Positions 37,005 to 47,357 of a stretch of DNA of 64,000 nucleotides are shown here, in pieces. The number at the start of each line of letters is the position of its first letter. Position 1 is the stretch's first letter. The stretch comes from an uncultured Candidatus Actinomarina sp. GTDB lineage: Bacteria > Actinomycetota > Acidimicrobiia > Actinomarinales > Actinomarinaceae. The notes under the pieces were generated by a model, which was given only the letters and a program-made list of their open reading frames with translations, made no database searches and was not told where the DNA came from. Both the position numbers and the translations under genes were made by a program. The stretch spans positions 47,086 through 111,085 of the forward strand of contig CACJJR010000004.1 in NCBI GenBank assembly GCA_902593795.1, given 5' to 3'.

Positions 37005-37439
37005 TTAATGTTCTAACTTACTAATCCTTCTTATATACCTTTCTTTTTGAATAAATTTGGCTTCTAAAAAAATTTCAATAATGTCCAAGACATTTTTTTC
37101 ATTTACATTTTTAGAACCTAAGCACAGAACATTTATATCATTATGCTCAACACTTTGTTTAGTTGTCTCGACATCAACAACATTGGCTGCTCTTATTCCT
37201 CTATATTTATTTGCAGCAATAGACATTCCTACACCACTCCCACAAATCAATAAACCTCTAGTAGATTCATTATTAAGAACAGACTCACAGACTTCTTTTG
37301 TAAAATCAGGAAAGTCGCACCTCTCGTCACTGTCTGTGCCAAAGTCTTTAAAATTTATTTCTTTTTTAAGGTTGTTAACGATATAATTTTTTAAATTGTA
37401 TCCAGCATGATCAGAAGCAATTGCTAAATTTAGGATCAT
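37005..37439 (-). CDS. rpiB: Ribose-5-phosphate isomerase B
   Basis: 144 aa with ASDHAGYNLK and CGSGVGMSIAANK motifs. Confidence 0.9.
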   Translation of the reverse strand: MILNLAIASDHAGYNLKNYIVNNLKKEINFKDFGTDSDERCDFPDFTKEVCESVLNNESTRGLLICGSGVGMSIAANKYRGIRAANVVDVETTKQSVEHNDINVLCLGSKNVNEKNVLDIIEIFLEAKFIQKERYIRRISKLEH

Positions 37440-38806
37440 TAAATTAATTTTTCTATATCGAGAATTTCATCTATTTGTTTTTCTGAAAGTAGTTGTTTCT
37501 CTAAAAGGACATCTTTTATCGTTTTACTCTTTGAAATTGCTTCTTTTGCTATTTCAGCAGCTTTATCATATCCTATTTCAGGAACAAGTGCTGTTACCAA
37601 AATTGAATTTCGCTGAATGTTTTCTTCTAACTTTTCTGTGTTTGGTTCTAAATCTTTAATTAACTTTTTCTCAAAAACATCTGTACCTGTAGATAATAAG
37701 TTAATACTTTCAAGCAAGTTATGAGCCATTACAGGTAACATTGTATTTAACTCAAAATTACCATGAGATGAAGAAAAAGTAATAGTATTGTCATTGCCAA
37801 TCACTTGAGCAGAAACTTGCATCATCATTTCTGGTATTACAGGATTAACCTTACCTGGCATAATTGAGGAGCCAGGTTGTAATGCAGGTATTTTAAGTTC
37901 ATTTAGCCCTGAAATAGGTCCACTACCCATCCACCTAATATCGTTAGCAATTTTGAAAATTGAAACTGCATAAGCTTTTAAGCAGCCTGAAAGATGTACA
38001 ATCTCTTCTCTCGAACCTTGGCGAGTGAAATGATTTTCAACTTCTGTAAATTTAATACCTAAAGAATTTGAAATCTCTTCTGCTACATCGCTTCCATAAT
38101 TATCAGGTGCATTGATACCAGTTCCAACTGCTGTGCCACCAATTGCTAATTTACTGGCGTTATTCAGTGACGCTCTTATATCCTCTAATCTTTCAGATAA
38201 AAGCGCAGCATATCCATTAAATTCTTGTCCAAGAGAAACAGGAGTTGCATCCATAAGATGTGTTCTACCGTTTTTATAAATTTTTTCCCATTTTTTAGCT
38301 TTAGATTCAAGAGATGAAATTAAATTTTCTATGGATGGAATTAATTTTTCTGTAATATCCGTGACTGCTGCAATATTTGTAGCTGTAGGAATAACATCAT
38401 TTGATGACTGACTCATATTAACGTGATCATTTGGATGAATTTCATCATTTGAAATATCTGTAGCAATTTTTGCAATTATTTCGTTAGCATTCATATTCGT
38501 GGAAGTGCCTGATCCAGTTTGAAATATGTCAACTACAAAATCAGTATCATGATCACCATTAACTACTTGCTGCGATGCATTAATAATTGAATCGGCAACT
38601 TTCTTTTCTAATAACTTATTCTTTAAATTAACTTCAGCACAAGCTTTTTTAATCTCCCCTAAAGCTTTAATGAATGATCTAGAAAACCTTAGGTTTGAAA
38701 TCGGAAAATTGTCTACTGCTCTAGCTGTAGAAGCTCCGTATTGTGCTTCAGTTGGAACTTGAAACTCTCCCATGGAGTCTTTTTCAGTTCTAAATTCTTG
38801 TGTCAT
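37439..38806 (-). CDS. fumC: Class II fumarate hydratase
   Basis: 455 aa with the GSSIMPGKVNP signature. QTGSGTSTNMN, HPNDHVNMSQSSND, GRTHLMDATP and GGTAVGTG favour fumarase over aspartase. NFPIS and PVIPE match my recollection of mycobacterial fumarase. Confidence 0.8.
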   Translation of the reverse strand: MTQEFRTEKDSMGEFQVPTEAQYGASTARAVDNFPISNLRFSRSFIKALGEIKKACAEVNLKNKLLEKKVADSIINASQQVVNGDHDTDFVVDIFQTGSGTSTNMNANEIIAKIATDISNDEIHPNDHVNMSQSSNDVIPTATNIAAVTDITEKLIPSIENLISSLESKAKKWEKIYKNGRTHLMDATPVSLGQEFNGYAALLSERLEDIRASLNNASKLAIGGTAVGTGINAPDNYGSDVAEEISNSLGIKFTEVENHFTRQGSREEIVHLSGCLKAYAVSIFKIANDIRWMGSGPISGLNELKIPALQPGSSIMPGKVNPVIPEMMMQVSAQVIGNDNTITFSSSHGNFELNTMLPVMAHNLLESINLLSTGTDVFEKKLIKDLEPNTEKLEENIQRNSILVTALVPEIGYDKAAEIAKEAISKSKTIKDVLLEKQLLSEKQIDEILDIEKLI

Positions 38807-38815
38807 TTACTGTTC

Positions 38816-39505
38816 CTAATATTGAGTGTATCCACCAGAATCGACTTCTTCAATAAGTTCTTTAGTTCCTGTCTTTGCAATTTCACCATTTACTACAATA
38901 TGCACCTTGTCTACATCTAAGTAGTTTAAAATCCTGCTGTAGTGAGTAACAATAAGGTATGCAGTTGTGTCATTTCTATTTTCATTAATCAGCTCTGCAA
39001 CAGTTTTTATAGCGTCAATATCTAGTCCTGAATCTATTTCATCTAGTAACGCTACCTTTGGACTTTTAAGTGCTAATTGAAAAAGCTCACACCTCTTTTT
39101 TTCCCCACCTGAAAAATCTACATTTACTTCACGATCAAGAAATTCTTTTACTTTAAAACTCTCAGCAAGGCTAGTAATTTCATCATCAGATAAGTCTGGA
39201 TTTATAATTTTAGAAAATTCGAGAAGCGTTACTCCAGGCAGTCCAACGGGATATTGAAAAGACTGAAAAACTCCCATTTCTGATCTTTCGTTTTGTTGTT
39301 TTTTACTTATTTCTTCTTCATCTATAAAAATTGAACCTTTGCTTTTATAAACTTCATTTCCCATTACAACATGACATAGTGTTGATTTACCTGAACCATT
39401 GGGCCCCATTACCGCATGGAGTTCACCAGGCTTAATTTCTAAATCAACTCCCTTAAGGATTTCTACTTCACCTATTGACGCTTTTAAGTTTTCAATCTTA
39501 AGCAT
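38816..39505 (-). CDS. sufC: Fe-S cluster assembly ATPase SufC (copy 2)
   Basis: 229 aa with GPNGSGKST, FSGGEKKR and VALLDEIDSGLD. It is the last gene of the sufB-sufD-Rieske-sufC operon. Confidence 0.85.
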   Translation of the reverse strand: MLKIENLKASIGEVEILKGVDLEIKPGELHAVMGPNGSGKSTLCHVVMGNEVYKSKGSIFIDEEEISKKQQNERSEMGVFQSFQYPVGLPGVTLLEFSKIINPDLSDDEITSLAESFKVKEFLDREVNVDFSGGEKKRCELFQLALKSPKVALLDEIDSGLDIDAIKTVAELINENRNDTTAYLIVTHYSRILNYLDVDKVHIVVNGEIAKTGTKELIEEVDSGGYTQY

Positions 39506-39815
39506 CAGTACCCATTTCTACATATATATAACCATCAATTATTTCAGTCTTATAGGTATTAACGCTCTTTGTAGCGGGTAAAGTAACAGCTTCACCAGTT
39601 TTTAAATCGAACTCGGCACCGTGAAGAGGGCATTCAACTTTGCAATCATATACTTCCCCTTCAGATAAGCTAGCTTCAGCATGAGAACACATATCATCAA
39701 TGGCATAAAATTGCCCTTCACAATTAAATAAAGCAATCTGCTGAGTATTGGTTTCAAATAAAGCCGATGAGTTTTCAGCAATATCTGTACTTTTAATTGT
39801 TTTTACTTTTTCCAA
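39498..39815 (-). CDS. Rieske [2Fe-2S] ferredoxin-like protein
   Basis: 105 aa with CSHAEASL (C-x-H) and CPLHGAEF (C-x2-H) ligand boxes. Confidence 0.85.
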   Translation of the reverse strand: MEKVKTIKSTDIAENSSALFETNTQQIALFNCEGQFYAIDDMCSHAEASLSEGEVYDCKVECPLHGAEFDLKTGEAVTLPATKSVNTYKTEIIDGYIYVEMGTDA

Positions 39816-39816
39816 T

Positions 39817-40974
39817 TTAGTTACTTTCGATTATGTTCATATATTTTTTTTCAATAATATTAGAAACTTTGTCATGAATAATTTCCCACTTAGAATCATT
39901 TATTACTTCATTAAAAAAGCCTTTGATGAGTAATTTATCTGCCTCAACTTTTTCAATACCTCTAGCCATAACATAGTGATAAACACTTTCTTCAATTGGA
40001 CCTACTGAAGAACCATGACTGCAGATTACATCATCACACAATATTTCTAGATTAGGCACAGATTGAGCGGTAGCTTCTTCGCTGAGTAGTATATTTCTAT
40101 TTTCTTGGTGAGATTCTGTTTTTTCTGCTCCCTCAGCTATGTGTATTGTTCCAGTAAATATGGAACTACTTTCGTCACCTAATACACCTTTAGTAATCAT
40201 ATTTGATGATGTATTTTTGCCTAGATGATTTACAAATACTCTGTTGTCGTGAATTTGCTTTTCTTCACCAAAATAAATTCCATCTAAACTAAATTCTGAA
40301 CCATTGCCTAAAAGATCTATATCCATTCTTGAACGAGATAATCCTGCTCCTGTGCTTATATTATGAATAGTTAAATTAGAGTTTCTTTCAAGCTGGGCAT
40401 ATATTGAATTTACGATATTGATTTCTTTTGTAGAAGTTACAGAAAGTATTATTTCTAAATTTGAATTATCATTTAGGAAAATTTCAATAATTGGATAAAT
40501 GTTTCCAATGACTAATTCATCAAAATTTAAATATAATTTTCCAGATTTGTTCTTTTCTACACTAACTCCGATGTAAGGAATAGCGTTGTCATCTGATTGG
40601 AAATTCACTGAAAAATATTGTTCGTTATCTTCTTTTACATTTAATTGAAAACCACCCGTTACTTTTTCAAATTGTTCAATATTAAATTTATCAAACGGTC
40701 TTTTAATTGACTCTTTGATTAGCGGTTTTTTGATTTCATTGATGTCTATGATTTCAATATGATTAGGCTCTGAATTTATTTCATAAGTAAAACAATTTGA
40801 ATCAATATCAAATGTTTTAGAAGAATTTATGTCAGTGGCTTTGCCAATTTCGATGTCATTAAGTTCGAATAATTTTTTTCCAAGATACTTCCAGTCTTCA
40901 TCTTTAGCGGTAATGTTTGCAAACTCTTTTGATGAAAGTGGCTTTAACTTTTTTTCAAATAATTTATTGTTCAA
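39817..40974 (-). CDS. sufD: Fe-S cluster assembly protein SufD
   Basis: 385 aa with a SufBD-type C-terminal beta-helix region. It lies between sufB and the Rieske/sufC genes. Confidence 0.8.
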   Translation of the reverse strand: MNNKLFEKKLKPLSSKEFANITAKDEDWKYLGKKLFELNDIEIGKATDINSSKTFDIDSNCFTYEINSEPNHIEIIDINEIKKPLIKESIKRPFDKFNIEQFEKVTGGFQLNVKEDNEQYFSVNFQSDDNAIPYIGVSVEKNKSGKLYLNFDELVIGNIYPIIEIFLNDNSNLEIILSVTSTKEINIVNSIYAQLERNSNLTIHNISTGAGLSRSRMDIDLLGNGSEFSLDGIYFGEEKQIHDNRVFVNHLGKNTSSNMITKGVLGDESSSIFTGTIHIAEGAEKTESHQENRNILLSEEATAQSVPNLEILCDDVICSHGSSVGPIEESVYHYVMARGIEKVEADKLLIKGFFNEVINDSKWEIIHDKVSNIIEKKYMNIIESN

Positions 40975-40988
40975 TTTTTACCTAATCA

Positions 40989-42398
40989 TTAACCAACGGC
41001 GCCAGCTTCTATCATGTTTAATTCAATCAGTTGATTGAATTCCATGGCATATTCCATTGGTAACGTTTTAGTAAATTCTTCTACAAACCCTGCGACAATC
41101 ATAGAAGTTGCTTCAGATTCAGAAAGTCCTCTGCTCATGAGATAGAAAAGTTGATCTTCTCCAACTTTTGAAACTGTTGCCTCATGACCAATAACTGCTG
41201 ATGATTCTTCGATCTCCATATAAGGATAAGTGTCTGATCTTGATTCATCATCAAGAATCAACGCATCACATCTTACAAAACTTTTTGCTGTTTCTGCACC
41301 GTCTTCAACTCTGACTAATCCTCTGTATGCACCTCTTCCACCACCTTTTGAAACTGACTTTGATGTAATCAAAGAAGTTGTATCGGGAGCGAGATGAACC
41401 ATTTTTGCTCCTGTATCTTGATGCTGGCCTGAGTTTGCAAAAGCTACAGATAAAACTTCACCATGAGCACCTGGTTCCATTAAGTAAACGGAAGGGTATT
41501 TAACCGTTAAACCTGAACCAAGATTTGCATCAATCCATTCCATTGTTGCATTTCCATAAGCTTGTGCTCTTTTTGTGACTAGGTTATAAACATCATTTGA
41601 CCAGTTTTGGATTGTAGTGTACCTACACGTCCCAGATGGTTTGACAACTATCTCTACAACTGCGGAGTGTAAAGCATCCGTTGTATAAACAGGTGCTGAA
41701 CAACCTTCAATGTAGTGTACAGAAGCTCCTTCATCAACAAGAATTAATGTTCTCTCAAATTGACCCATATTTTCAGCATTAATTCTAAAATATGCTTGCA
41801 AAGGATCTTCGACATGTACACCTTTTGGAACATAAATGAATGATCCGCCTGACCAAACAGCTGAATTTAGTGCAGCAAACTTATTATCACCTGGAGGAAT
41901 AACCGTCCCAAAATATTCTTGAACTAATTCCGGATACTCTCTAACTGCAGTATCCATATCACAAAACAATACACCTAATTTTTCTAAATCTTCTCTATTT
42001 TTGTGGTAAACAACTTCGCTTTCGTATTGTGCCGTAACACCAGCTAGATAGGTTCTTTCAGCCTCAGGTATACCAAGCTTTTCATAAGTTTGTTTTATTT
42101 CTTCTGGTACTTCATCCCATGAGTCTGCTTGATTTTCAGTAGGTTTTATGTAGTAATAGATATCATCAAAATCTAATTGACTTAATTTTTCTTTTGCAAC
42201 CCACTCTGGCATAGGCTTATCAAGAAATCTTTTATACGCTTTAAGTCTGAAATCAAGCATCCACTTCGGCTCTTCCTTAATTTCAGACATTTTTCTGATA
42301 ATGTCTTCATTCAAACCTTTTTCAGGTTTAAAAACATTCTTCTCAGGATCAGACCAGCCTAAAGAATACTTACCTAAATCAATATCAACATTTGCCAT
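40989..42398 (-). CDS. sufB: Fe-S cluster assembly scaffold SufB
   Basis: 469 aa with highly SufB-like segments ([46 protein letters not shown]). Confidence 0.9.
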   Translation of the reverse strand: MANVDIDLGKYSLGWSDPEKNVFKPEKGLNEDIIRKMSEIKEEPKWMLDFRLKAYKRFLDKPMPEWVAKEKLSQLDFDDIYYYIKPTENQADSWDEVPEEIKQTYEKLGIPEAERTYLAGVTAQYESEVVYHKNREDLEKLGVLFCDMDTAVREYPELVQEYFGTVIPPGDNKFAALNSAVWSGGSFIYVPKGVHVEDPLQAYFRINAENMGQFERTLILVDEGASVHYIEGCSAPVYTTDALHSAVVEIVVKPSGTCRYTTIQNWSNDVYNLVTKRAQAYGNATMEWIDANLGSGLTVKYPSVYLMEPGAHGEVLSVAFANSGQHQDTGAKMVHLAPDTTSLITSKSVSKGGGRGAYRGLVRVEDGAETAKSFVRCDALILDDESRSDTYPYMEIEESSAVIGHEATVSKVGEDQLFYLMSRGLSESEATSMIVAGFVEEFTKTLPMEYAMEFNQLIELNMIEAGAVG

Positions 42399-42461
42399 AG
42401 GACTATATTAATAACCTGCTGGACCAATCATAAAAGTATTGATTTAATTTATTTTTAAAAT

Positions 42462-42914
42462 TTGGTTAATATTTTTGTTATGCCGGCAATTTTTATAAAT
42501 CCAAACTCTGAAAATCATCTAGATTTACTTCATCTACTTAAAAATCAAAATGAAGATTTAAGAGTTTTTGTATCAGAAAAAATTTCAAAAGAATTTATTG
42601 AGCGAATACCTGGAAAGAAAGCTATTGGTGATATATACGATGACTCTCATATCTACACAGCATCCGAAGGAGCTTTTTGTGGAATATTTTATGAGGGTTC
42701 AGATGATTCATTGCGTGAAGTATTCATAAAGTCAATCAATCAATCTTCTTTAAAAAGAGTAATTTGGATATCTAATATAAAAGAATCTGATGAAGTGATA
42801 AACCTAAAATATCTGACATACATTTTGATAAGTTCTGCTTCAGATTACACGAATACTGTACTTCATTTAGAAGAAGTAGAAGAAGTAGAAGAGAAATTTA
42901 TAGACTTAACATAA
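42462..42914 (+). CDS. Hypothetical protein, possibly a degenerate NAD(P)-binding-like fold
   Basis: 150 aa, or 144 if it starts at ATG 42480. It loosely resembles NmrA-like layouts (..GDIYDDSHIYTASEGAFCGIF..) but lacks a glycine loop. It ends in a short GAAGAAGTA tandem repeat (42870-42893). Confidence 0.35.
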   Translation: MVNIFVMPAIFINPNSENHLDLLHLLKNQNEDLRVFVSEKISKEFIERIPGKKAIGDIYDDSHIYTASEGAFCGIFYEGSDDSLREVFIKSINQSSLKRVIWISNIKESDEVINLKYLTYILISSASDYTNTVLHLEEVEEVEEKFIDLT

Positions 42915-42960
42915 ATTTTTGAATTAAGATTACTAAATTTAAAGACTGTAAAATTCTTAT

Positions 42961-43800
42961 ATGAAAAAAAATTCTTACTTTAAATCTGGGTCAGGAACTC
43001 GCAAAGCATTTGTTTCAACATTCCAAGACAAAGATGAGTTAAAAGAAGTTTCAACAATCAATAACAATTCAAAAATTAAAGATAAGATATTTCACAAAAG
43101 TTCGGAAACTATGGAGGAACTTGAAGATAACTGTGTAAGCCTGACGATTACATCTCCACCATACAACATTGGTAAAGACAGTGACTTAGAGTTGTCTGAT
43201 GATGAGTATTGGAGAATTATGGAAAAAATATTTAAAGAAACTTTTAGAGTTACTGAGTCTGGAGGAAGGATTGTAGTTAATGTAGCGAACTTGGGTCGAA
43301 AACCTTACATTCCATTTTCAAAATATTTTACTGAATTATTAATAAATATTGGTTTTATTATGCGTGGGGAAATAATTTGGCAAAAATCAAAAGGGGCTAA
43401 TGCTAATTTTGCTTGGGGTAGTTGGTTATCAGCATCTAATCCGGTCATAAGAGATATTCATGAATATTGTTTAGTCTTTTCTAAAGAATCATTGAAAAAA
43501 TCCTCTAAAGGAGAGTCCTCTATAGACAAAGAAGAGTTTATGGAATCTACACTTTCAATTTGGAATATTAATCCTGCAAGAGCTAAAAAAATAGGTCATC
43601 CTGCACCCTTCCCTCTAGAACTTCCACAAAAATTTATAAACCTGTATTCCTATAAAGGTGATTTAATTCTTGATCCATTTCTTGGAAGCGGGACAACTTC
43701 AGTTGCTGCAAAACAACTAAATCGAAATTACGTAGGTTATGAAATTAATAAAGAATACGTAGATATCGCTAATAAAAGATTGGAAACTGAAGTTAGTTAA
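42961..43800 (+). CDS. Beta-class exocyclic-amino DNA methyltransferase (N4-cytosine or N6-adenine), SPPY type
   Basis: 279 aa with the catalytic motif IV TSPPYNIG near the N-terminus and the SAM motif I DPFLGSGTT near the C-terminus. That order defines the beta class. Confidence 0.85.
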   Translation: MKKNSYFKSGSGTRKAFVSTFQDKDELKEVSTINNNSKIKDKIFHKSSETMEELEDNCVSLTITSPPYNIGKDSDLELSDDEYWRIMEKIFKETFRVTESGGRIVVNVANLGRKPYIPFSKYFTELLINIGFIMRGEIIWQKSKGANANFAWGSWLSASNPVIRDIHEYCLVFSKESLKKSSKGESSIDKEEFMESTLSIWNINPARAKKIGHPAPFPLELPQKFINLYSYKGDLILDPFLGSGTTSVAAKQLNRNYVGYEINKEYVDIANKRLETEVS

Positions 43801-45514
43801 CTAAATTCCAAGCAGAGAATAATTGTTGATAAATCTTATTATTTGAAAGTAAATTTTGGTGATTATCAAATCCAACTAATTTGCCCTCACTCATAACAAG
43901 TATTTTTTCTGCATTTAAAATTGTTTCCAGTCTGTGGGCAATCACAATTGATGTTTGATATGCAAGCAATCTATCAGTGGCATCTAAGATTGAACTTTCA
44001 GATTCAATATCTAAATTAGCAGTTGCCTCATCAAACACAATAATTTGTCTTTTTGCAAGAACCGCTCTAAGCAATGCAATAAACTGCCTTTCTCCGGCTG
44101 AGACATTTGCTCCTCTCTCGCCTACATCTTGATCAAGTCCATTTTCATAACGTTCAAACCAGTCAATAAGTCCTATATTTTCAAGCTCAGTCTGAAGATC
44201 TATTTTATCTGGATTAGAGTAAATCAAATTTTCCCTAATTGATCCTCTAAATAAAAAACTTTCTTGCGGAACATAAGCAATATTTTTTCTTGCCCATTTC
44301 TGTGATATATCTTTTGAAGATTCTTCATAAAATTGTACATCACCTTTTGTAGGAAGATAAAATCTTAAAATTAATTTTGCAATTGTACTTTTTCCTGCAC
44401 CTGTTTCTCCAACTATGGCAATTTTTTCTCCTCTATTAATTGAGAAAGATACATCATGCAAAACAGTTTCCCTGCCATAGGAAAAATCTACATTTTTAAA
44501 TTCAATAACCTTGCCTGAGTCAGTTTCAGGAGATAAATTTCCAGTCTTACTTAACATAGGCTCTTCATCTAATATTGAGAAAACTTTCTTCATTGATGAG
44601 CCAGCCGACCTCAAAACATCGTAATTAAAAGAAAGCTGAATAAGCGGATCAAAAAAATAGTTTAAATAAAATAACAATGCAACTAATTCACCAACTGTTA
44701 GGGTACCGTTTTTAATCCTTGCTGCACCAAACCAAATCACAACAGCAATAGAAGTTACGCGAGTAATTTCTAAAAAAGGAAAATATATTGCAATGTTTTT
44801 TGCAGACTGCATGTTTGCCTTCAAATGTTCATCATTGACTTCTTTAAACCTTTTTAATTGTTTTGTTTCGTCTGAATATGCTTGAATTATTCTTACACCT
44901 GAAATTCCCTCTTGAAGTGATGATAATACTTGACCAATCCATTCTCTGACAGACCAATATGTCTTATCAGCATGGTTCCTAAAAATCCTTGTAGCAATTC
45001 CTAAAAGAGGAAGGATAAGAAAGGATAGTAAAGAAAGTTGTACATCAACTAAAAATACTGCAATTGTTGCACCAAATATTGTGAGTAGAGATGTCAAAAT
45101 GCTACTTGCACCTTCTCTAGCAAACTCGTTTAAACTTTGCATGTCAGAAGTCATTCTTGCAACTAAAACTCCTGTTTTGTTCTTTTCAAAATAATTAATA
45201 TCTAAAGATGACATATGTCTAAAAAGCTTTTCTCTAATTCTTTTTACATAAGATTCGCCTACTAAGCCTATTGAGAGAAGGGCTTTACTGGTTACAAAAT
45301 AAAGCACAACAAGTGTAAGAAAATAAAAAAGACACTGCTGAAGTAAATACTGATAATCATATTTCATTACTCCGTTATCTATACCTCTAGAAATTAACTG
45401 AGGACCAATCATTCTTATTCCTGTGCCAAGTAATGCAATCAAAGATGCAAAGAAAAAAGGTCTGTAAACTTCTGGAACTAACTTAAATGATCTTACAAAA
45501 GTATTGTCTCTCAT
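43793..45514 (-). CDS. ABC exporter, fused permease/ATPase (half-transporter)
   Basis: Six-helix TMD followed by an NBD with GETGAGKST, VSAGERQ and IIVFDEAT. The ATG at 45514 lies 1 nt after the upstream gene's stop and is preferred over 45565. Confidence 0.85.
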   Translation of the reverse strand: MRDNTFVRSFKLVPEVYRPFFFASLIALLGTGIRMIGPQLISRGIDNGVMKYDYQYLLQQCLFYFLTLVVLYFVTSKALLSIGLVGESYVKRIREKLFRHMSSLDINYFEKNKTGVLVARMTSDMQSLNEFAREGASSILTSLLTIFGATIAVFLVDVQLSLLSFLILPLLGIATRIFRNHADKTYWSVREWIGQVLSSLQEGISGVRIIQAYSDETKQLKRFKEVNDEHLKANMQSAKNIAIYFPFLEITRVTSIAVVIWFGAARIKNGTLTVGELVALLFYLNYFFDPLIQLSFNYDVLRSAGSSMKKVFSILDEEPMLSKTGNLSPETDSGKVIEFKNVDFSYGRETVLHDVSFSINRGEKIAIVGETGAGKSTIAKLILRFYLPTKGDVQFYEESSKDISQKWARKNIAYVPQESFLFRGSIRENLIYSNPDKIDLQTELENIGLIDWFERYENGLDQDVGERGANVSAGERQFIALLRAVLAKRQIIVFDEATANLDIESESSILDATDRLLAYQTSIVIAHRLETILNAEKILVMSEGKLVGFDNHQNLLSNNKIYQQLFSAWNLVN

Positions 45515-45515
45515 T

Positions 45516-47270
45516 CTATATTTCCGATGTTTGGTTTTCCAAAAATAATGACTTATAAGTATCAACAGATTTCATCAAGTCATGATGCTTGCCTTGCGCC
45601 TTTACTTTTCCATTTTCAAGAAATACGACTTCATCACATAATTCGATAGTCGGCACTCTATTAGTAATTATTAAAGTTGTCATATTAGACATTACCTGGT
45701 TCAACTCATTTCGAATTTCTTCTTCAGTGCTGGCATCTACTGCAGAAAGTGCGTCATCAAGAATTAGAACACGTGGTTTTCTTAAAATAGCTCTTGCTAA
45801 AGCTACCCTCTGCCTTTGACCGCCTGATAGTCCATAACCTCTTTCTCCAACTTTCGTTTCGTATGATTCTGGAAGTTGTGAAATGAATTCGTGTGCTCGT
45901 GCTATTAGCGCTGCATTTTCTATTTCTTCTTGAGATGCATCCTCTAATCCAAGCGAAATATTCTCTCTAGCTGTATTAGAGAATAAAAAGCTTTCTTCAA
46001 ATGCAAGACTTACATTGCTTCTTAAGTCGCTCAGTCTAAGATTTGTAATATTTACACCATCAATTTCAATTGAACCAGACTCTATTTCGTATAAACGTGG
46101 GAGAAGATAGGCAAGAGTTGATTTTCCTGACCCAGTAGAGCCCACAATTGCCACTGTTTTTTTTCCTTTAATTTCAAGATTAAGATCATCAAATATTGTT
46201 TCATTACCATATTTAAAATTCACATTTGAAAATTTTAATGAACCATTTCCATCTACTGGTAGCTCGTTTGGAGTTTCATCATCTGTAATAGTTGGAATTT
46301 CGTTTAGAAGCTCCAGTATTCTGTTTCCAGCAGCAACGCTTGAAGGTATTTCGGATAAAAACCACGCTGTAATTCTCAATGGCCAAATTAATAAAAATAC
46401 GTATTGTGTAAATGCAATGAATTCACCTAGAGATAGGTATTCATTTATTGTTAAATACCCTCCAAGGAGTAATACTGCAAGCGTTATAACCATAGGTATA
46501 AGTTCAAATAGTGGAACAAACCTAGTTCTTAATTTAAGATAATCGAGCGAAGAGTCATAAATATTTTGTACTGCGTCTTCAACTTTAGTGGAAGCCTGTT
46601 CTTCATTTCCAAAAGCTTTTACAACTCTGATACCACCTAGTTGCTCTTCAACTTCTGTAGTCATCTTTGCTTCTGCTTCCTTAACCTTTAAAGACACACC
46701 CATAGCTTTAGATGAAAAGTTAGAAGCTAACCATAAAACCATAGGAATAGAAAGGAGCACTATGCCACCAAGTGGAAGACTGAGGCTTAATAAAGTTCCA
46801 CTCAATATAAGTAGCAGAAAAATATTTGCAGATGCAAGTGGTGCTATGGCAAAAGCAAGCCTTACTTGTGATGCATCACTAGAGGCTCTTGCCATTAAAT
46901 CACCAGTGGGTACTTTGTCGTGATAATTAAATGCTAGTTTTTGCATGTGTGTAAAAATTCTATTTCTAATCCCAGCTTCAACATTGTAAGAAACGTCCAT
47001 ACTGAAGTATCTTCTAATACCAATTGACATAGCCCTTGTATAGCCTGCAAGAACCATAAAAGAAATAAAAACAATAACTGATCTCTCGTTATCAGCAACT
47101 ATACCATCATCAATTATTCTCTTAATTAAATAGGGCTGAAGTATAACTAAAAAACACCATAGAAGTGCTGAAGCGTTTGAAATAAAAAAACTTTTTTTAT
47201 TTTCTTTTATCCCTTCTATAAAAAAAGAAATTGCTTTTTTAAATTCTGGTGTTTTAAATACTTTGAACAT
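45516..47270 (-). CDS. ABC exporter, fused permease/ATPase (half-transporter partner)
   Basis: 584 aa; TMD plus NBD with [17 protein letters not shown] and VLILDDALS. Confidence 0.85.
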   Translation of the reverse strand: MFKVFKTPEFKKAISFFIEGIKENKKSFFISNASALLWCFLVILQPYLIKRIIDDGIVADNERSVIVFISFMVLAGYTRAMSIGIRRYFSMDVSYNVEAGIRNRIFTHMQKLAFNYHDKVPTGDLMARASSDASQVRLAFAIAPLASANIFLLLILSGTLLSLSLPLGGIVLLSIPMVLWLASNFSSKAMGVSLKVKEAEAKMTTEVEEQLGGIRVVKAFGNEEQASTKVEDAVQNIYDSSLDYLKLRTRFVPLFELIPMVITLAVLLLGGYLTINEYLSLGEFIAFTQYVFLLIWPLRITAWFLSEIPSSVAAGNRILELLNEIPTITDDETPNELPVDGNGSLKFSNVNFKYGNETIFDDLNLEIKGKKTVAIVGSTGSGKSTLAYLLPRLYEIESGSIEIDGVNITNLRLSDLRSNVSLAFEESFLFSNTARENISLGLEDASQEEIENAALIARAHEFISQLPESYETKVGERGYGLSGGQRQRVALARAILRKPRVLILDDALSAVDASTEEEIRNELNQVMSNMTTLIITNRVPTIELCDEVVFLENGKVKAQGKHHDLMKSVDTYKSLFLENQTSEI

Positions 47271-47357
47271 GTTTAACTATATTAATTGATTAAAAAATTT
47301 AAAATATTGCGCTAAATACTTTGTGCATTATTTCACAAGCATATTAACGTTGGGCTT

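Noticed and set aside
37439-38806. Aspartate ammonia-lyase call for the class II lyase gene
   Set aside because: NFPIS and PVIPE first suggested aspartase. QTGSGT, HPNDHVN.SQSSND, DATP and GGTAVGTG favour fumarase, and my recollection is that mycobacterial fumarase shares the NFPIS/PV.PE features. I therefore call it fumC.
42462-43800. Possibility that the 150-aa ORF plus the methyltransferase form a small type II restriction-modification pair
   Set aside because: The 150-aa protein shows no PD-(D/E)xK, HNH or GIY-YIG pattern by eye and loosely resembles a degenerate nucleotide-binding fold. I cannot support an endonuclease call without a structure or profile search.
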